IMG/VR virus record: IMGVR_UViG_3300045391_002864
Location: 30,059 to 94,058 of that record
Source: a virus
Length of the DNA: 64,000 bases
Strand: one strand, 5' to 3'
Under the pieces are notes generated by a model. It was not told where the DNA came from, searched no databases, and saw only the letters and a list, made by a program, of their open reading frames with translations. The position numbers were made by a program, and so were the translations under genes. Below, one piece after another: positions 45,466-54,716 of the stretch (positions are counted from its first letter, which is position 1; each line of letters opens with the position of its first letter).

Positions 45466-45879
45466 CTAGACCGTCTTGTAGAACCTCTGGCCGGCGATCT
45501 CGACAGTGAACGTCGCGGTCGCCGCCCAAAACGGCGGCTCTGGCATCGAGACTGCATAGTACGAATCTGCGCCGCCCGTGATGTCGGCGAGCGTGCCAGC
45601 GACGGCCTGCTCGGCAAGGCGCATCGCAATCGCAAAGTCCGTGTCCGCGACCGTCACATCGAGCATCTTCGGCCGGTTCGGGTCGTTCGCATTCCACGAA
45701 GAAAACTGCTCCGGGCACAGGCAGACGGTGCGAATGCTTCCGCCCCACCAGCCCGGATGCTTGACGCGGTTCATGATCGCGTTGATAACGCTCTGCATGC
45801 CGGGCGCGCCGCCGCTACGATTTTCGCCCCAGGCGGTGCGGGCCAGGATGGCAGTCTGGTCGTTCACATCAAACGGCAT
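45466..45879 (-). CDS. Cell wall hydrolase (SleB/Hydrolase_2), endolysin candidate
   Basis: LARTAWGE.R, V...IMNRV, QFSSWN, GADSYY, P.WA, I....FY. Confidence 0.88.
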   Translation of the reverse strand: MPFDVNDQTAILARTAWGENRSGGAPGMQSVINAIMNRVKHPGWWGGSIRTVCLCPEQFSSWNANDPNRPKMLDVTVADTDFAIAMRLAEQAVAGTLADITGGADSYYAVSMPEPPFWAATATFTVEIAGQRFYKTV

Positions 45880-46321
45880 GTTCGGGCTCCTTGACCGGCG
45901 CACGGATAATCTCGACGCCATCCTTCGCGACCTTCTGCGCAATCCAGATCGGCATGGTGATCGTATGAACACCGAAGTACGGCGCTCGGTGGTGTTTCTC
46001 GCAGAGCACCATCAGGTTGCGCGCATCATCCGGGCTCGCGATCGGCGCGTTAGGGTTAAGGGCGGTGAAGCCGTAAGGGTCGATCAGGCGTGTCGTTTTG
46101 AGCACCTTGGCCGGGTCGGCGTCCTCCCATAGCGCCCACTCACAGGCGAAGTGGTGAACCTCTAGCTGCGTGCGGCCGGCGCATATCCAGCATCCCAGCT
46201 GCAACTCATGAACGAGATGATGCTTGTTCCGGCGAAATTCCTCGGATTCCGTGCGCTGGACGTGCTCCGGGTAGAGCACGTCCTGATGCAGAGTTTCATG
46301 CTGCTCGTGAGCAGCGGTCAC
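45869..46321 (-). CDS. HNH-like Zn-binding protein
   Basis: CWIC..LEVHH; NLMVLCEKHH; GTG start. Confidence 0.65.
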   Translation of the reverse strand: MTAAHEQHETLHQDVLYPEHVQRTESEEFRRNKHHLVHELQLGCWICAGRTQLEVHHFACEWALWEDADPAKVLKTTRLIDPYGFTALNPNAPIASPDDARNLMVLCEKHHRAPYFGVHTITMPIWIAQKVAKDGVEIIRAPVKEPEHAV

Positions 46322-47103
46322 GCCGCCGCTCCCAGGCCGAGTTGGCCGCGCATGGAGAGGATGCGGGAGTCCAGTTCCTGCAGGGACAGGCCGGAAGGAG
46401 CGAGCCCCTTCGTGCCGATCCAAGAGCGCCGTAGGAGGGCGTAGGACTCGGACGAGTATTTCTTCCACCACGCCCAGGAGAGGCGCTGTACGCGGCCCCA
46501 GGTGACGCAATAGATGCCGTCCGCGTCGTACCCGACGAGCGGAATGCAGTGGCCGCCTTCGGAGCCCTTGGTGCCGGTAAGGTCCGTCCATGCTTGGCCG
46601 TCCTCGAACTGCGTCATCGCCTCGACCGGAAGCTCCACGCCAGCGTCGACGGCGCCGAACATCCAGATTGCGGCCTTGATCTGCGCGATGTCGCCAGGAT
46701 CGATCTCGGCAAACCCGTCCAGCACGTCGAGCGCGCCGCCACTGGTGACGGCGAGGCCGGTGTGCATCCAGTATTGCAGGATCGAGATGATGAAGGCGCC
46801 ATTGTCGTTCGCGCCCGTTGCCGGATTGTACCCGGTCGTGACGGCATAATCGTCGATCGCGCATTCGTCGGATGGGATGATCTGGCGGCCGTTATCGGCA
46901 GTCCACAGCTGGACGGCATGCAGCGGGCAGGCGATGGTGCAGTCACCAACCCGGTCGTTCCCAAGCATCGGCCACATCGATACGGGCGTCGTCCAGTTCA
47001 CCTTGTCCGGCGCTTTGATCGGCGCGACGCCGTGCATCAGCCCGTGGTATTGCGGCGTATTCTGGTAGGAGAGTTTCGGTAGCTTGCCAGTACGAAACTT
47101 CAA
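46318..47103 (-). CDS. Papain-like cysteine peptidase
   Basis: ND.VGDCTIA (Cys), GGHCIPLVGYD (His), TWG; TTG start. Confidence 0.75.
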   Translation of the reverse strand: MKFRTGKLPKLSYQNTPQYHGLMHGVAPIKAPDKVNWTTPVSMWPMLGNDRVGDCTIACPLHAVQLWTADNGRQIIPSDECAIDDYAVTTGYNPATGANDNGAFIISILQYWMHTGLAVTSGGALDVLDGFAEIDPGDIAQIKAAIWMFGAVDAGVELPVEAMTQFEDGQAWTDLTGTKGSEGGHCIPLVGYDADGIYCVTWGRVQRLSWAWWKKYSSESYALLRRSWIGTKGLAPSGLSLQELDSRILSMRGQLGLGAAA

Positions 47104-47462
47104 AACAAATACCTCACTAATTCGAGGAGGGAGTTCAGAATCGCGACGACCGCGCCGATGCCGACAGCGAAGCCGATGGCGGCGCGGACGTAAGTCTCGA
47201 TGGGAGAGGGCGCGCTGCTGAATTGCAGGCGACAGTGGCCGCGCTGGACGGCTATCGAGAGGAAGCGGCAGAAGAGACACCAGCCCGGCTTGCGCGGCCC
47301 GGTGCGCCCTTCTGCAGTCCAGCCGGCGCCGATGGCGGCGCGCAGGCTAAGGGTCTGGCCCGGCTTGCCGCCCAAGAGGCCGTTGATCGTCACATCGAAG
47401 TTGACGGCATTGGCCTCTAGGTAGGCTTTGAGCCAGATGGCGGCGTCAGCGAGCCACGACAT
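47100..47462 (-). CDS. Hypothetical membrane protein
   Basis: D...N.LLGG.P.QTLS.R, C..C..L, HC; C-terminal TM. Confidence 0.7.
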   Translation of the reverse strand: MSWLADAAIWLKAYLEANAVNFDVTINGLLGGKPGQTLSLRAAIGAGWTAEGRTGPRKPGWCLFCRFLSIAVQRGHCRLQFSSAPSPIETYVRAAIGFAVGIGAVVAILNSLLELVRYLF

Positions 47463-47520
47463 CAGACGCCTCTCTCCTCGGCACGGATGATGCCAAGCGT
47501 CTCTTTCGAGAAGGCGCCGA

Positions 47521-48012
47521 TCATTCGACGATCTGCCAGTCATCGGCGAGCACGTCAGACTGAGACGCGAGCCAGGGCACGACGTCGCCCTGCGCGGTCT
47601 TCATGTCGATATGCGCGTGGTAGCTGATCTCGTGCCCCTCGGGATAAATCCCCAGCAGAGGCGGCCGGTTCACTTTGAAGCGCGAGCCCGGCACGAGGAA
47701 CAGAAACATGCCTTTGCCGTTCCAGCCGGCGCGCGCGACGCGCTTACCTGCCTTCAGGGCGGCAACAGCGTGGCCGAAGGACATCGCGGTCGTCGGCTGG
47801 TAAGACCGCTCGAACACGTCCTTGGGCGACCACGAGATGTAGCCTTTGTGCGACGGATGGTTGGACGGGCCGCCGTCTGCGTACTCGACGAGGAAACCTT
47901 CGTCCGCGCCGTTCTCGTCGGCCGGCAATTGCCAGCCGCGATAGTCGTTGTACTCCTGGCGCGTCATGGAGCGCGCCAGGATTTGCTTGGTGCCAAAGTA
48001 GCCCTGTGTCAT
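47521..48012 (-). CDS. tad2: Tad2/DUF2829 domain fused to an N-terminal domain
   Basis: MSFG.A..ALKAGKRVARAGWNGKGMFL..VPWLASQSDVLADDW. Confidence 0.8.
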   Translation of the reverse strand: MTQGYFGTKQILARSMTRQEYNDYRGWQLPADENGADEGFLVEYADGGPSNHPSHKGYISWSPKDVFERSYQPTTAMSFGHAVAALKAGKRVARAGWNGKGMFLFLVPGSRFKVNRPPLLGIYPEGHEISYHAHIDMKTAQGDVVPWLASQSDVLADDWQIVE

Positions 48013-48491
48013 TTGGCGGCGTCCACCTTCAGGACCAGCAGGGCGGCGTCGGGAGCCATGGCCGGATGCAGCGCGCCGCCGGCAGGGACGAACAAATTGA
48101 CGCCCGCCTCGATGACGGGAAGCAGAGCCTGCGCCGCCTGGAGCGCGATCGTCACCTGGGCCGGAAGCCCAGGAATGTCGCTGGCAGCGGCCACGGCGCC
48201 GTTAACATCGGTCTCGATCGACTGAACGGTCGGCTGTGCAGCTGCCGCCGTCATCGTCGTGGTGATCTGTCCGGACAGCTTCTCGATGTCCGCGACGTCC
48301 GCTTCCAAAGCAGAAACCTGAGCGGCCGGCGCATTGGCGACAGATGTCGCGGCCGGAAGCTCGGCGGACAGGGCCGCCGCCAGCGTGTGAACGTCGCTCG
48401 CCACGGCAGCAGTCACTTGTGCGGACGTCTGCCCGGCGCATCCGGCGAGAAATAGGGAGGCGGCGAGGGGAGCAGCTAACAGAATGCGCAT
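48009..48491 (-). CDS. Lipoprotein (lysis-associated)
   Basis: Lipobox LAGC. Confidence 0.7.
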   Translation of the reverse strand: MRILLAAPLAASLFLAGCAGQTSAQVTAAVASDVHTLAAALSAELPAATSVANAPAAQVSALEADVADIEKLSGQITTTMTAAAAQPTVQSIETDVNGAVAAASDIPGLPAQVTIALQAAQALLPVIEAGVNLFVPAGGALHPAMAPDAALLVLKVDAAK

Positions 48492-48495
48492 GCGC

Positions 48496-48708
48496 TTAGC
48501 CCTCCGCCTTCGGCGCCGCAGCGATGGACTCGCTCGCCGGCAGGAACCGGGAGGCGTAGTGGAACGCAGCCGTCAGGACGAGCGTCAGCGCGGCCACGAC
48601 TTGGTCGGGCATCGCGACGTTCCAGCGGGACAGCGCCCAGTTCAAAAGGATGGTGGCAGCGCCACCGAGGCCGACAGATGCGACCGACGTGGAGACAGTG
48701 GTGTTCAT
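48496..48708 (-). CDS. Holin-like membrane protein
   Basis: 70 aa, two TM segments, upstream of hydrolases. Confidence 0.55.
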   Translation of the reverse strand: MNTTVSTSVASVGLGGAATILLNWALSRWNVAMPDQVVAALTLVLTAAFHYASRFLPASESIAAAPKAEG

Positions 48709-48732
48709 TTTCGTCCTGTTAATGTCAATGCC

Positions 48733-48749
48733 GCTATTATAGGGCTAGC
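48733..48749 (-). repeat. 17 bp direct repeat copy 1 (GCTAGCCCTATAATAGC on minus strand)
   Basis: Identical to 50315-50331. Confidence 0.85.
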
Positions 48750-48779
48750 CCGCACTGACCCGCAGGGCATCGGCGATGC

Positions 48780-49301
48780 TTATGCGATCGTCACCGCATT
48801 GACAGGAAGTGTGCCGCTGTTGGAATCGATAACCATCTGCAGCGCAGCGACGTAGTCCGCGACGGCGGTTGCAAATGCCTTAAACTCCGCCGTGCTGGGG
48901 AAGACGACAGCGCCGGCCCCGCCGAACAATTCCCACGGCATCTCCGTCGCACCTTCAGGAAACTCGCCGTTCGTGTCGACGTAGAGTTCAGTGGAGTCGA
49001 TGTTCTCTTGCGCAGTTTGGTTGACGTTATACGTGCCATTAAGGGAGGGCGTGCTAGTCGACGTGATGGTTAGTCCCGCGTCAAGCGCCGCCTGCGCCTG
49101 CTGCGCAAGCGTAAGCGGCGTAGGTGTCGGCACAGCAGGAGCCGTGAACACGCCGTTTGTGTAGGTGTAGCCGATCCCTACCGTCTGTCCTGATGGAATC
49201 TCAATGGCAGTCGAACCAGAAGGCGGCGTGTATGCGGCTGTGCTGTCCCAAACGATAACGTTTTCGACGGTGCCCATTACGATGATTGCATAGTTCGCCA
49301 T
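48780..49301 (-). CDS. Tail fibre assembly-like protein
   Basis: YAII..G.VEN.IVWD, IG.TY.NGVFT.P; C-terminal half paralogous to 60423-60953. Confidence 0.75.
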   Translation of the reverse strand: MANYAIIVMGTVENVIVWDSTAAYTPPSGSTAIEIPSGQTVGIGYTYTNGVFTAPAVPTPTPLTLAQQAQAALDAGLTITSTSTPSLNGTYNVNQTAQENIDSTELYVDTNGEFPEGATEMPWELFGGAGAVVFPSTAEFKAFATAVADYVAALQMVIDSNSGTLPVNAVTIA

Positions 49302-49312
49302 CTTCGACCTCC

Positions 49313-50311
49313 CTAATTGAACTCGTAGACGAGGATTTCAGATGGGCTTCCCGGCTGGCCTGCTATCGCAGACATTGAAGCCGACAACACTGGACCGGAT
49401 GCACCGGAGCCATAACCAGTGCCCTCCCATCCTGTATTATAACTGGGCGTGTACCCAGGGGTTCCCCCGAATCCTAAAGGAGAGTTGCCGCCAGCACCAC
49501 TAGCACTCTGGGATACCCCGTAGCCGCCAGTGGCGCCAACGAAACCAGCAGACCCCGCAACAGATTCGAGTGTGATGGCGCCAGTAACCGTACAAGCCGC
49601 CGCTCGTGCGGCTGGAACACCTGCTACGACGTATAGTGTTTGATCTTCTACAGGAGCGCCTGGGGAATAATTTCCTCCGGGGCAAGATATAAACGAACCA
49701 AAAATGGACGTTCCGCCCGTCGTTCCTGGGTACTCTCCTGCGCTCCCTCCAGAGCCTGGAGCGCCGATAGTAACAGTTGCACCGGAGAATCCGGATAATA
49801 TAAGTGCTTCTGCGTAAGAACCGGCTCCGGAACCTCCGACTACGCATGCGGTAGTAGACGTTGTGGCCTCGCATCCGCCTGTGCCGCCGCCGGGAGCCTG
49901 ATCTACAACTATGATTTTTTCGGTGCCAGGGTCGGGTGTGTATGTGCTGCTCGCGGTGAAGGTCTGAACACCGATCAGCCCTGGCATCGCCAGAATCTGA
50001 TTCTGAACAAACTGCGTGTTCGCGATCTGCGCCGTGGCGGTCCCGGTCGCAGCTGTCGGCACGGTTGGTATACCTAGCAGCGCCGGGGACATGGCCAGCG
50101 TGATTGCGCCAGTGCCCGTCGTCCCGTTCGACAAGTTTGAGGCGGAAAGCGCAATGCCGCCGACCTCATACCCGTTGAGCGCGTCTGCATAGCCCGCCGA
50201 AGGGGCGGGCGTTCCGAGCCCAACGGACGAGAACGCAGGAGTCTGCATCTGCGTCTGCGCGACAGCGACAGCTGGGAGCAGAAATAGGGCTAGGGCGAGG
50301 GCTTTCTTCAT
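49313..50311 (-). CDS. Gly-rich tail fibre-like protein
   Basis: PTVPTA.......QIANTQFV, QTFTAS.TYTP..GT..I.V...PGGG. Confidence 0.7.
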   Translation of the reverse strand: MKKALALALFLLPAVAVAQTQMQTPAFSSVGLGTPAPSAGYADALNGYEVGGIALSASNLSNGTTGTGAITLAMSPALLGIPTVPTAATGTATAQIANTQFVQNQILAMPGLIGVQTFTASSTYTPDPGTEKIIVVDQAPGGGTGGCEATTSTTACVVGGSGAGSYAEALILSGFSGATVTIGAPGSGGSAGEYPGTTGGTSIFGSFISCPGGNYSPGAPVEDQTLYVVAGVPAARAAACTVTGAITLESVAGSAGFVGATGGYGVSQSASGAGGNSPLGFGGTPGYTPSYNTGWEGTGYGSGASGPVLSASMSAIAGQPGSPSEILVYEFN

Positions 50312-50314
50312 CGT

Positions 50315-50331
50315 GCTATTATAGGGCTAGC
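50315..50331 (-). repeat. 17 bp direct repeat copy 2
   Basis: Identical to 48733-48749. Confidence 0.85.
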
Positions 50332-50729
50332 TCGTACTGCTCCGCAGGGCACGAAGCAGGATTAGCTTCGCTCTCGCTTTCGCGAATCTGTAAAGCAACA
50401 GTCGCGTCGGAAGCGTCTTCCAGAACGCCGATGTGCGCATTCAGAGCCTCCATAAGATGGAGCATGTAAAGAAGCTGCCTATTGAGCTTTTCTTCCTGGC
50501 GCTTGTTGATGACCTCATTTTCGCCTTGCAGGATCATGATGACGATGTTCTGCAGGTAGGCGAAGAACGTCAGGATGAGCGTCAAAAGGACAAAGGGGAA
50601 CGGATCGAACTTGGACGGCGACAGCGTGTTAAAAATCACATACCCAGCACAGAGGCCAGCAGTGCCCCAAAAGCCCGTCCAGCTGCGTGTGGTCCAGTAA
50701 AGCGCTTGGGAGAGGGCAGGGTTAGCCAT
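50319..50729 (-). CDS. DUF1003-like membrane protein
   Basis: SW.GF, FDPFPFVLLTLIL...AYLQ..VIM..Q. Confidence 0.8.
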   Translation of the reverse strand: MANPALSQALYWTTRSWTGFWGTAGLCAGYVIFNTLSPSKFDPFPFVLLTLILTFFAYLQNIVIMILQGENEVINKRQEEKLNRQLLYMLHLMEALNAHIGVLEDASDATVALQIRESESEANPASCPAEQYELAL

Positions 50730-51045
50730 GGTAGATGAAGGCAACAGTCACGGCGGCCAGCGCTCCGGCGAACACAGCGGACAGCGCAATAGATGCGTTG
50801 AGTACGATGTTCTTCCTCTCTTGCGCCTCGCTAGCCCAGCGCGGCATCGCGTCCATTGCGACCGAGACGACGTGATTGATGGAGACTTGAATGCTATCGA
50901 GCTTGCTGCTCGTTTTCGCCAGATCAGCCTTGATCGACGCGATATCTTGTTCGAGGGTCCGCCTCGCGTCCTCCAGAATCGAGACGCGGACTTTCGTGCG
51001 CTCGTGGTCGGAGTAAAGATCGTTCAGGCGGATATCATCTGGCAT
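50722..51045 (-). CDS. Coiled-coil protein with C-terminal TM (lysis-associated)
   Basis: Heptads plus TM anchor. Confidence 0.65.
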   Translation of the reverse strand: MPDDIRLNDLYSDHERTKVRVSILEDARRTLEQDIASIKADLAKTSSKLDSIQVSINHVVSVAMDAMPRWASEAQERKNIVLNASIALSAVFAGALAAVTVAFIYHG

Positions 51046-51124
51046 TAGCGGGGCCTCGTCGGCAGGTAGAAGACCGACGAGGTATAGATCGAGTTGCTAG
51101 AGCGCCCTAAACCACGGGTACAAT

Positions 51125-52534
51125 TTACACGCTGAACACGCGACGGCGCTCCGGCGGCATGTAGACGGCCCCGGCGCCGTAGGCGCGGACGATGATGTCC
51201 CTGATCTCCTTAATCGGCAGAACGCGCCGCCCCACCTCGCCGTAAGTACGGCTACGGTCGACACGCGTTAGGCTTTGCAATGAGCGGTAGCCGGAGTCGT
51301 GGTGCCACTTGTCTTTCTCGGCCAGCGTATTCCACATCTCGATCACGCAGCCCCAGTCTTCGCGGGCCGCCCACTTATGATGTAAATGCCCGACGTCGAC
51401 ATAGTGGTATTCGGTCTCTCCCCAGTCCTGGCGGTAGTCATGCGCCATGATGGAGATCAGATTCTCTGCCTTGGTTTTGTGCGAGTGATGCACAAGGACG
51501 AAGGTGTTTCCCATGCGGTATGGGACGAACAGGCTTGTATTTGGGAGGACGTTGACGCGGTCGGTGTGGCTGTAAACCTGCCGAAGAAGCTCGGCCATCC
51601 AGATATCGTTCGTCTCCGAGTGATTCCCGCGATTGATGAGGACATCCACGATCCTGTACTTCTTCAGCATGCGTTCGATGATGAAGCGCATGACACGGAC
51701 GTAGACGCCGATCATTTTCGGGAACCGGCCGTCTGCGTCGAGAAGATGACCGCTATGCTCGGTCGCGGCACGCATATTTTCGTAGTGCGTCGCATCTCCC
51801 AGGTCATTCAGAACGGCGCGCTCTCGGGCCGGGCTCTCGTCGATCAGGGCGGCGAACGCCGCGCATAGCTCGCGCTCCGCAATCTTCAGATCGAAGTTGG
51901 CGCCGGTCTCTGCCTCGTGTGCGAGCATGCCGAGATGTGCATCGCCCATTTGGAACCAGGGGATCACATCGGAATCGAATTTCGACGGGCCTTCGGGGAT
52001 CGCGATCGGCTCCCGGTCTTCGAAAAACGCCTTGAAAGCGCCCTCGATGAGTTCGGCTACCGGAACCTCGCCTGCCTTCTCGGACACGCCTTGCGTGATG
52101 ACTTGCCCCTGCTGGTCATACAGTGTGTACGTCCCGGTGACGCGGCCATTCGGCACTTTGATACGCTCGTCCGGGTCGCGGCCGGCGAGCCGCGTTTTGT
52201 TCCAATACTGCCCGACACCGCCATCGCGGTCATATCGAATAGAGGTGCCCTTCAGCGTCAGTCCATCAGGAACAGCACGCCTCAGATCGAAGTCTGGCGC
52301 CCAGCCCTGTTGTGCCTTCAGGCGGGCGATGTCGTCTTCCAAGACAAGCTCGCCCTGCGGGCTGATTCGCACGCGCGCGGTGATGCCACGGGCCTTGGCG
52401 TCGCGGACGCGCTTGCGCGCCGTATTCCGATCGACGCTGAGTGCGCGGGCAGCGGCATGGTAGCTGCCGAGGCGATAGAAGGTTTCAAGCGCTTCTCGAA
52501 GAACTTCATCAGATGTTGGGGCGGTCATAGGCAT
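51125..52534 (-). CDS. HTH plus calcineurin-like metallophosphoesterase
   Basis: GSYHAAARAL.V.R HTH; GDAHLG, LGD..H, RGNH, HHSH, GHLHH. Confidence 0.82.
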   Translation of the reverse strand: MPMTAPTSDEVLREALETFYRLGSYHAAARALSVDRNTARKRVRDAKARGITARVRISPQGELVLEDDIARLKAQQGWAPDFDLRRAVPDGLTLKGTSIRYDRDGGVGQYWNKTRLAGRDPDERIKVPNGRVTGTYTLYDQQGQVITQGVSEKAGEVPVAELIEGAFKAFFEDREPIAIPEGPSKFDSDVIPWFQMGDAHLGMLAHEAETGANFDLKIAERELCAAFAALIDESPARERAVLNDLGDATHYENMRAATEHSGHLLDADGRFPKMIGVYVRVMRFIIERMLKKYRIVDVLINRGNHSETNDIWMAELLRQVYSHTDRVNVLPNTSLFVPYRMGNTFVLVHHSHKTKAENLISIMAHDYRQDWGETEYHYVDVGHLHHKWAAREDWGCVIEMWNTLAEKDKWHHDSGYRSLQSLTRVDRSRTYGEVGRRVLPIKEIRDIIVRAYGAGAVYMPPERRRVFSV

Positions 52535-52648
52535 TCCTTACGGACATTGTCGCTACCTCGTCTCTCTTCGGTTCGAAAACCTGTCAAGAGTAGCGCCATT
52601 GCCGTTAAGGTCTGAAGACCAATGCCGACGTCGTGTTACTGCCAGTGA

Positions 52649-54280
52649 ATGACGACGTTTTTCGTAGCACCGGCAATATCAGCGAACGCCCGCACGCAGC
52701 AGATCGTGGGTTTCGGTGGTTCCGGCATCGCCATTCCGGTTTACGATACCTCTCTGGCATCGGGGCAAATCCTTTTGTTCGGGCCGACCGGGGCGTACGA
52801 GAGCACGGTTTACACGTCGGAACCGCAGACCGTCGCAGCAGCCGCCGATGACGACTATGGCTTCTTCGCGGTTGGACCGACCGGCTACGCTGAACAGATC
52901 GATGCGTCCGGCGTTCAGACTTTTGCCGCGCAGCTGCCGGCCATGTACCAGCCCTATGTCGGCGCGGCGCACTGCAGCGGCGTCGGGTACTTCCTATCCT
53001 CCAGCGGCGAAGTGGTGACGCAGCATGGCACCCCGATCGGCTCGTTCTCGGGGGTAGGCCCTTACACCCAGTTTCGATCCTATGACTCTGCCTATTTCGC
53101 TTCCGTATCATATGGAGCCGCCGTCGCGCTTTTATCATTGGATGGTGTACCCGAGCCGAATGTCCCGCTCCCAGCAACCGGGTTTGCTCCGTCCTGTCTG
53201 GCGTCGAGCGGCGCGGACCTCCTGATAGGCGGCTGGAGCAATGCCACGTTTCCAGTGGACTCTGTTACGACGTTCGCGGAAAACCCGGTTAACGACCTCT
53301 TGCTGTTCGGAGCCGGCAACGGCTTCGCCTATGTCTTCCAGAACGCGTCTGCAACCTCCTATTCATGGTCGACCTACGGCTACGCCAGCGGCACGACGGG
53401 CGCGCCGGCCTATAGCGCGTGGACTCCAAATGGCACGCAGATAATCCTAACGGACCCGACGAACGGGACAGTGCAGGTTTTGAATTTCTATCTTGGCGCG
53501 CTGACGATCGGGCAGACCCTAGCGCTGACCGATGCGTCTGGCGTTCAGGTATCACAGGACGGGCTCTACGCCATCGTGTGCCAGCCATCGCAGAACCAGA
53601 TCACGGTCTACGTGTATGCTGGCGGGACTTGGGCGCCAAGCTACACCATCGCCGTTCCAGGGGCACGCGCTATCGCTATGCTTGGCGAGCAGATGGTTGT
53701 CGCTGGAACGAACGGCCTGACATACCTGACTGAGAACTCCGGCGCGTGGTCGGTCTCTGCAACGTGCGCGCTGGATTTCGCGCCGACCGCAACTGCTGTC
53801 GACGCGTATGGCATCGTCTATGCCGCGAACGCATCCGACTTCGCGGTCGTGTTTAACGGTGTGCTTATCGGATCGGGGGAGATTTACCTTTCATCTGCGA
53901 CGACCATTGTTCCATATCAGTCTCAGGTTCTCATCGCTGATACTGTCGGCGGCGAGATCGCCATAGTCGGCCCTCTAAGCACCTCTTCCGTAGATATGGC
54001 CGCTCTATCCAACAATGGCGGCGTCGTTTGCGTAAACGCAGAGGCCGGCTATCCGACAACAGACGCTGGCCTAAGCAATGGAGCGGTATTCAGTAACGGC
54101 GGCGTTGTGTGCGTTGTCGGAACGACTGATCCAAACCCGGATGCGCCGCCTGTGTACTTCGGCGACATCACGCCGGCTTACCTCCTCGCGCTAGGCGGCG
54201 CGAACCTTCCGCTAACCGACCCAGGGCAAGGGAAGGGGCAGCTTTACCTCAACGGCGGAGTCGTGTGCATCGATGAGTAG
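52649..54280 (+). CDS. Virion structural protein, beta-propeller-like
   Basis: AWTPNG, VSQDG repeats; three C-terminal NGGVVC repeats. Confidence 0.65.
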   Translation: MTTFFVAPAISANARTQQIVGFGGSGIAIPVYDTSLASGQILLFGPTGAYESTVYTSEPQTVAAAADDDYGFFAVGPTGYAEQIDASGVQTFAAQLPAMYQPYVGAAHCSGVGYFLSSSGEVVTQHGTPIGSFSGVGPYTQFRSYDSAYFASVSYGAAVALLSLDGVPEPNVPLPATGFAPSCLASSGADLLIGGWSNATFPVDSVTTFAENPVNDLLLFGAGNGFAYVFQNASATSYSWSTYGYASGTTGAPAYSAWTPNGTQIILTDPTNGTVQVLNFYLGALTIGQTLALTDASGVQVSQDGLYAIVCQPSQNQITVYVYAGGTWAPSYTIAVPGARAIAMLGEQMVVAGTNGLTYLTENSGAWSVSATCALDFAPTATAVDAYGIVYAANASDFAVVFNGVLIGSGEIYLSSATTIVPYQSQVLIADTVGGEIAIVGPLSTSSVDMAALSNNGGVVCVNAEAGYPTTDAGLSNGAVFSNGGVVCVVGTTDPNPDAPPVYFGDITPAYLLALGGANLPLTDPGQGKGQLYLNGGVVCIDE

Positions 54281-54716
54281 CACCCTTGCGTGGTCCGTTC
54301 AGCAGGTAATCCCATTCAAGGGCCTGACCGCAGTAGCGATGGAGAATTACTCGGTGATCGCATCGGGGACAATATCCTATATCTACAGGTGGACGGCGCC
54401 CTACACGATCGAGAACATTCTGGTCGGCGGGGTATGCATCTGGAACGGCACGGAAATGTCGATGTCGGCATCATTTGGAATCGACGATCCCGTATCTGCA
54501 GTCGGTATCGATGAGGACGGAGATTTTTGGGCTGCTTGTGTAAGCGGAGCCTATTACCAGTTCGACTCTGCAGGGACGATCCTGACGTCAGGAATACTTC
54601 CAGTCTACACGGGCCAGTCGCCAACGATCCCTGTCGGCCCGTCGAGCTTCCTGTTTCAAGGCGGCCACGTCTACGTCGGATATTCGATGGCGCCGTATTC
54701 AATCGAGTTACTGTAA
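54273..54716 (+). CDS. Structural protein (propeller-blade-like)
   Basis: AVGIDEDGDFW; in tail operon. Confidence 0.6.
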   Translation: MSSTLAWSVQQVIPFKGLTAVAMENYSVIASGTISYIYRWTAPYTIENILVGGVCIWNGTEMSMSASFGIDDPVSAVGIDEDGDFWAACVSGAYYQFDSAGTILTSGILPVYTGQSPTIPVGPSSFLFQGGHVYVGYSMAPYSIELL

